A DNA stretch of 64,000 nucleotides from Nitrospirota bacterium (lineage in GTDB: Bacteria > Nitrospirota > Thermodesulfovibrionia > Thermodesulfovibrionales > UBA9159): the NCBI GenBank assembly GCA_963699545.1, contig CAVOUE010000003.1:544001-608000 (forward strand), in the 5' to 3' direction. Below, in pieces: positions 61,195-64,000 of this stretch (position 1 is its first letter; each line of letters opens with the position of its first letter). The translations under genes and the position numbers were made by a program. Under the pieces are notes generated by a model. The model did no database searches. It saw only the letters and a list, made by a program, of their open reading frames with translations, and was not told the origin of the DNA.

Positions 61195-61479
61195 TTACAC
61201 CTCACAACTAATAATAGGACCTCCAACGAAATCAATCCTGAAATAAATATTATTTGTATCCGATGTTATGTATCCCGCAACAATATCTTCCCATTCATCC
61301 CCTACTGAAGAATCACCATAAGGGTCTATCACGGAAGGAGACACTCCTGCGGCATCCCAATCAGTAACCAGGCCGTCCAAAGTAATTAGCGGTGGTGGTG
61401 CCCATGCATGTCCAGTTATGCTCAATACAATGCCCAGAACAACTAAGAACCCAATAGCCGCTTTTCTCTTACGAAGCAT
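61195..61479 (-). CDS. Small secreted protein, possibly truncated
   Basis: Signal peptide (AWA), LDG..DW...DP.GD...NIYFRID. Confidence 0.5.
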   Translation of the reverse strand: MLRKRKAAIGFLVVLGIVLSITGHAWAPPPLITLDGLVTDWDAAGVSPSVIDPYGDSSVGDEWEDIVAGYITSDTNNIYFRIDFVGGPIISCEV

Positions 61480-61484
61480 CCAGA

Positions 61485-61946
61485 TTAATCTTTTCTTCCA
61501 TAATCTGATGCCTCTGTGTTTGATTCTGCAGCCCCCTTCAGGTCCATTAGAAAAGAGGCGGTAAGCTCTTTCAATCTCGATTTCGGAAACAGAAAACGCA
61601 GGGTCTTTAGAGGGATGCCTTTAAAAACCTCCCTGCTGATGACCAGTACACCGTTTTCAACCTCTTCGAAGATGAATTCATGGCGTGCTGAGACGCCGTA
61701 CTTCCCGCTTGACCATATAACTCGCTTGTTGGGGATGACTTCCTCAATTTCAGGCTCGAAGAAAACGGGAAAATGAAATGGATAGATACAGAATTTCACC
61801 TTACCTCCTGCCGCCAGAATCTCTGTTTTATCGGGTGAGACATTTTTGAGTATCCTACTCCAGTCGTTCCAACAGGTGATATTGGTAAAAGTCGCCCAGA
61901 CTCTATCTATGCGCGCATGGATGATTGTGGATTCCTCGATTTCCAT
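61485..61946 (-). CDS. SRPBCC/polyketide cyclase family protein
   Basis: I.A..DRVW....WNDW; HEFIFE. Confidence 0.75.
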   Translation of the reverse strand: MEIEESTIIHARIDRVWATFTNITCWNDWSRILKNVSPDKTEILAAGGKVKFCIYPFHFPVFFEPEIEEVIPNKRVIWSSGKYGVSARHEFIFEEVENGVLVISREVFKGIPLKTLRFLFPKSRLKELTASFLMDLKGAAESNTEASDYGRKD

Positions 61947-62090
61947 CTAATACCCGGTGATCTTCGGTCCACTTTCTTCTTCTGAAAAGGCTATCCTGAC
62001 TGCATCGTTAAAGGTAGTCTTCTCAAGAGGGATGAACGCATCAATGCGATTACCCCTGCAGACCACTTCATTGCTCAATCCCTCAATGAG
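61947..62090 (-). pseudogene. C-terminal remnant of a YbjT-like NAD(P)-binding oxidoreductase
   Basis: PLIEGLSNEVVCRGNRI...FNDAVRIA with no N-terminal part. Confidence 0.4.
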
Positions 62091-62127
62091 GGGATGGAAA
62101 AGCCAGCAGAGACAAAAAGAAGACATG

Positions 62128-62997
62128 TCAGGAGATGTGGAGCATGGTTGCATGTCTGAGCACTTCGCTTGTCGTGTCCCTGAGGTGCGAAAAGTTCTGT
62201 GCATTCTGAACAGCGATGGACGCATAGAGTGCGAGAGCATCCAGCATCTTGAGGTCATCAATGGTAAAGGGTTTGTCGGAACGGTTACTCATGTTGATCA
62301 CACCGAGATTGTAATTCCTGCACCTGAGCGGAGCACAGAGCATGGAGGTGATGTGGGAGACGCCGGGAATAAAACGTGAGTCAAGGGAGACATCGTTTAC
62401 CAGCTCTGCCGTGCCGGTCCTCAGCACATCACCGGCGATTCCTTTGCCCACAGAGAGGATCACCTTAGGGTCTACCTCCTCGCCAAAGGCTGCCGCAATA
62501 ACAAGGGATTTTTCCCCATCATCAAGCAGCATAAGGGAACCGTTATCAGCAGGGATGATGTTCTTTGCTTCCTTCAATATAAGCATGGCGGTCTCGTCAA
62601 CATCGACACAGAGGCGCGATATCTCTGTGTGCTCCTTTTTGAGCTTCGTAAGCTCCTCATCAAGCCTCCTTATCCTCTGACTCATCGATTCCACCATCTT
62701 GAATACAAGGGTAGGGTCCCTGTTGATGGTTGTGAAGAGCTTGTGCTTGTCCACGCTCAATACCCTCGCATCACCCAATGCAACGGCGGTGGCAGAGCGG
62801 GGCAGACGATCGAAAACTGCCATCTCCCCAAAAATTTCCCCTTCCCCGAGGGTTGCGATGGTCACATCTCCCGATTCAGTTTTCTTTGTGATCTTCACCT
62901 TACCCGACTGAATTACGTACATCACCTCACCTGTGCTGCCCTCATTGAAAATAATCTCACCAGTTGCATACACTCTCCCCAGTTCGCCCTCTTTCAT
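62128..62997 (-). CDS. cNMP-binding + GAF domain protein
   Basis: IFNEG...GEIFGEMA...RSATA; GKGIAG.V...D.RF...SMLCAPL. Confidence 0.85.
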   Translation of the reverse strand: MKEGELGRVYATGEIIFNEGSTGEVMYVIQSGKVKITKKTESGDVTIATLGEGEIFGEMAVFDRLPRSATAVALGDARVLSVDKHKLFTTINRDPTLVFKMVESMSQRIRRLDEELTKLKKEHTEISRLCVDVDETAMLILKEAKNIIPADNGSLMLLDDGEKSLVIAAAFGEEVDPKVILSVGKGIAGDVLRTGTAELVNDVSLDSRFIPGVSHITSMLCAPLRCRNYNLGVINMSNRSDKPFTIDDLKMLDALALYASIAVQNAQNFSHLRDTTSEVLRHATMLHIS

Positions 62998-64000
62998 GAT
63001 ACCCTCCTCGTGAGAACCTGCGAAAATTCCCTCAAGAGATTCCCGTGCATCCTGATGTCGAGGGCCTTGGGGAATATATTCTTATATCTCTCGTTCCCGG
63101 TAAACATATTCCAGAGGATTGAGCTGAGGATTCTGTGGTCAGCGGGTCCCTTCTGTTCTCTCCTGACGGTCCTGAGCATACCCTCAGTGAGGATCTTGTT
63201 TTTCCGGAATACGTCGGTAACGGTAAAGAGGAACTGACCGTAACGATTGTCAATGATGAGGCTTTGATAGACCGGATAATAATCCTTCTGAAAATGCCTG
63301 GCGCTCACCCCCTGAAACAGCGCGGTTTTTGCAGCAGCCTTTCCCATGAGATATGCGGCCCCGAGCCCGTCCTTGAAGAGCCTTGTGGAGCCTGCATCAC
63401 CGCATGTGACTACCCGGTCGGTGAAGGGTTTCAGGGGTGCCCCTGCATTCATTTTGGGCAAACAGCGGCACTCCACGGTATACGGGATGTCCTCCAACAC
63501 ATTTTTCACCACCGGTTTTTCTAGGAAGTCACTCACGGTGTTTGCATGCATCTCCTTTCCAAGTACGCAGAGGGTGACATAGGCGCCCTTGGGAATCATG
63601 GCAGCAAACTTCATCCCCTTGTCCGGAAGGAGGAAGAGATGAACCGAATTCCCAAAATGCTTTTCCACCTTCTCTTCGCCCAGAAGCAGCTCTGCGATGG
63701 CTGTGGTAACCGTGGGGGGTTCCTTGTATCCAAAGCCGATTTCCTCAAACATTTTTGGAGTGGTGCTGTTTACCCCAAATGCCCCAACCAGCAGGTCAAA
63801 TTGCCCCAGCTCCCAGTCCTTTGAGAAGAGAACAGGCTTCCTGTCCCTGATCTCAATGCGGTCAACCCTTACCGGATTAAGAACAGCCCCCTCCCTGATC
63901 GCGTCCTTGAGCAGAAAATAATCAAAGCTCTCCTTCCCCTTCGGGATCATTCCCTTCGGCCCGCCACCCCGGTACACTGTGGCGATGGTCCTTTCAAGGT
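62994..64000 (-). CDS. FAD-dependent oxidoreductase (geranylgeranyl reductase-like), start lies beyond window end
   Basis: LLVGAFG.NS, CGDAG...KDG.G.A. Confidence 0.65.
   Translation of the reverse strand, partial: LERTIATVYRGGGPKGMIPKGKESFDYFLLKDAIREGAVLNPVRVDRIEIRDRKPVLFSKDWELGQFDLLVGAFGVNSTTPKMFEEIGFGYKEPPTVTTAIAELLLGEEKVEKHFGNSVHLFLLPDKGMKFAAMIPKGAYVTLCVLGKEMHANTVSDFLEKPVVKNVLEDIPYTVECRCLPKMNAGAPLKPFTDRVVTCGDAGSTRLFKDGLGAAYLMGKAAAKTALFQGVSARHFQKDYYPVYQSLIIDNRYGQFLFTVTDVFRKNKILTEGMLRTVRREQKGPADHRILSSILWNMFTGNERYKNIFPKALDIRMHGNLLREFSQVLTRRVS

Overview
Bacterial chromosomal window. Gene content suggests an anaerobic Nitrospirota/Thermodesulfovibrionia-like or Desulfobacterota-like organism; this is an inference. 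Housekeeping blocks (folC-lptD, clpS-clpA-aat, an RpoD-like sigma factor, a PAS kinase with a NarL-type regulator, mtnA-ispB, nadD-rsfS-lapB-HARP, lysA-dapF-dapA, nth, trmH-like, ampG) flank a complete 19.66-kb Tn7-like transposon at 25883-45542. The element sits 28 bp downstream of tRNA-Leu(CAG), has TGT...ACA ends, a GTTCA 5-bp target-site duplication and repeated TnsB-type sites. It encodes a fused TnsA-TnsB, TnsC and one TniQ/TnsD, with no cas genes or CRISPR array. The tns operon is divergent from a CI/LexA-like repressor through a lambda-like region with three operators and overlapping promoters. Cargo is nuclease- and defence-like: GIY-YIG, helicase-IV with nuclease insert, two HEPN-like proteins, Mrr-like REase, NERD, and a structured RNA leader. 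Outside the element are a UxxC selenoprotein DsbC with a SECIS-like hairpin, a protein-only RNase P (HARP), and a transglutaminase-like/Zn-phospholipase C(P1)-like fusion. Many conserved genes carry small frameshifting indels, most likely sequencing or assembly errors.
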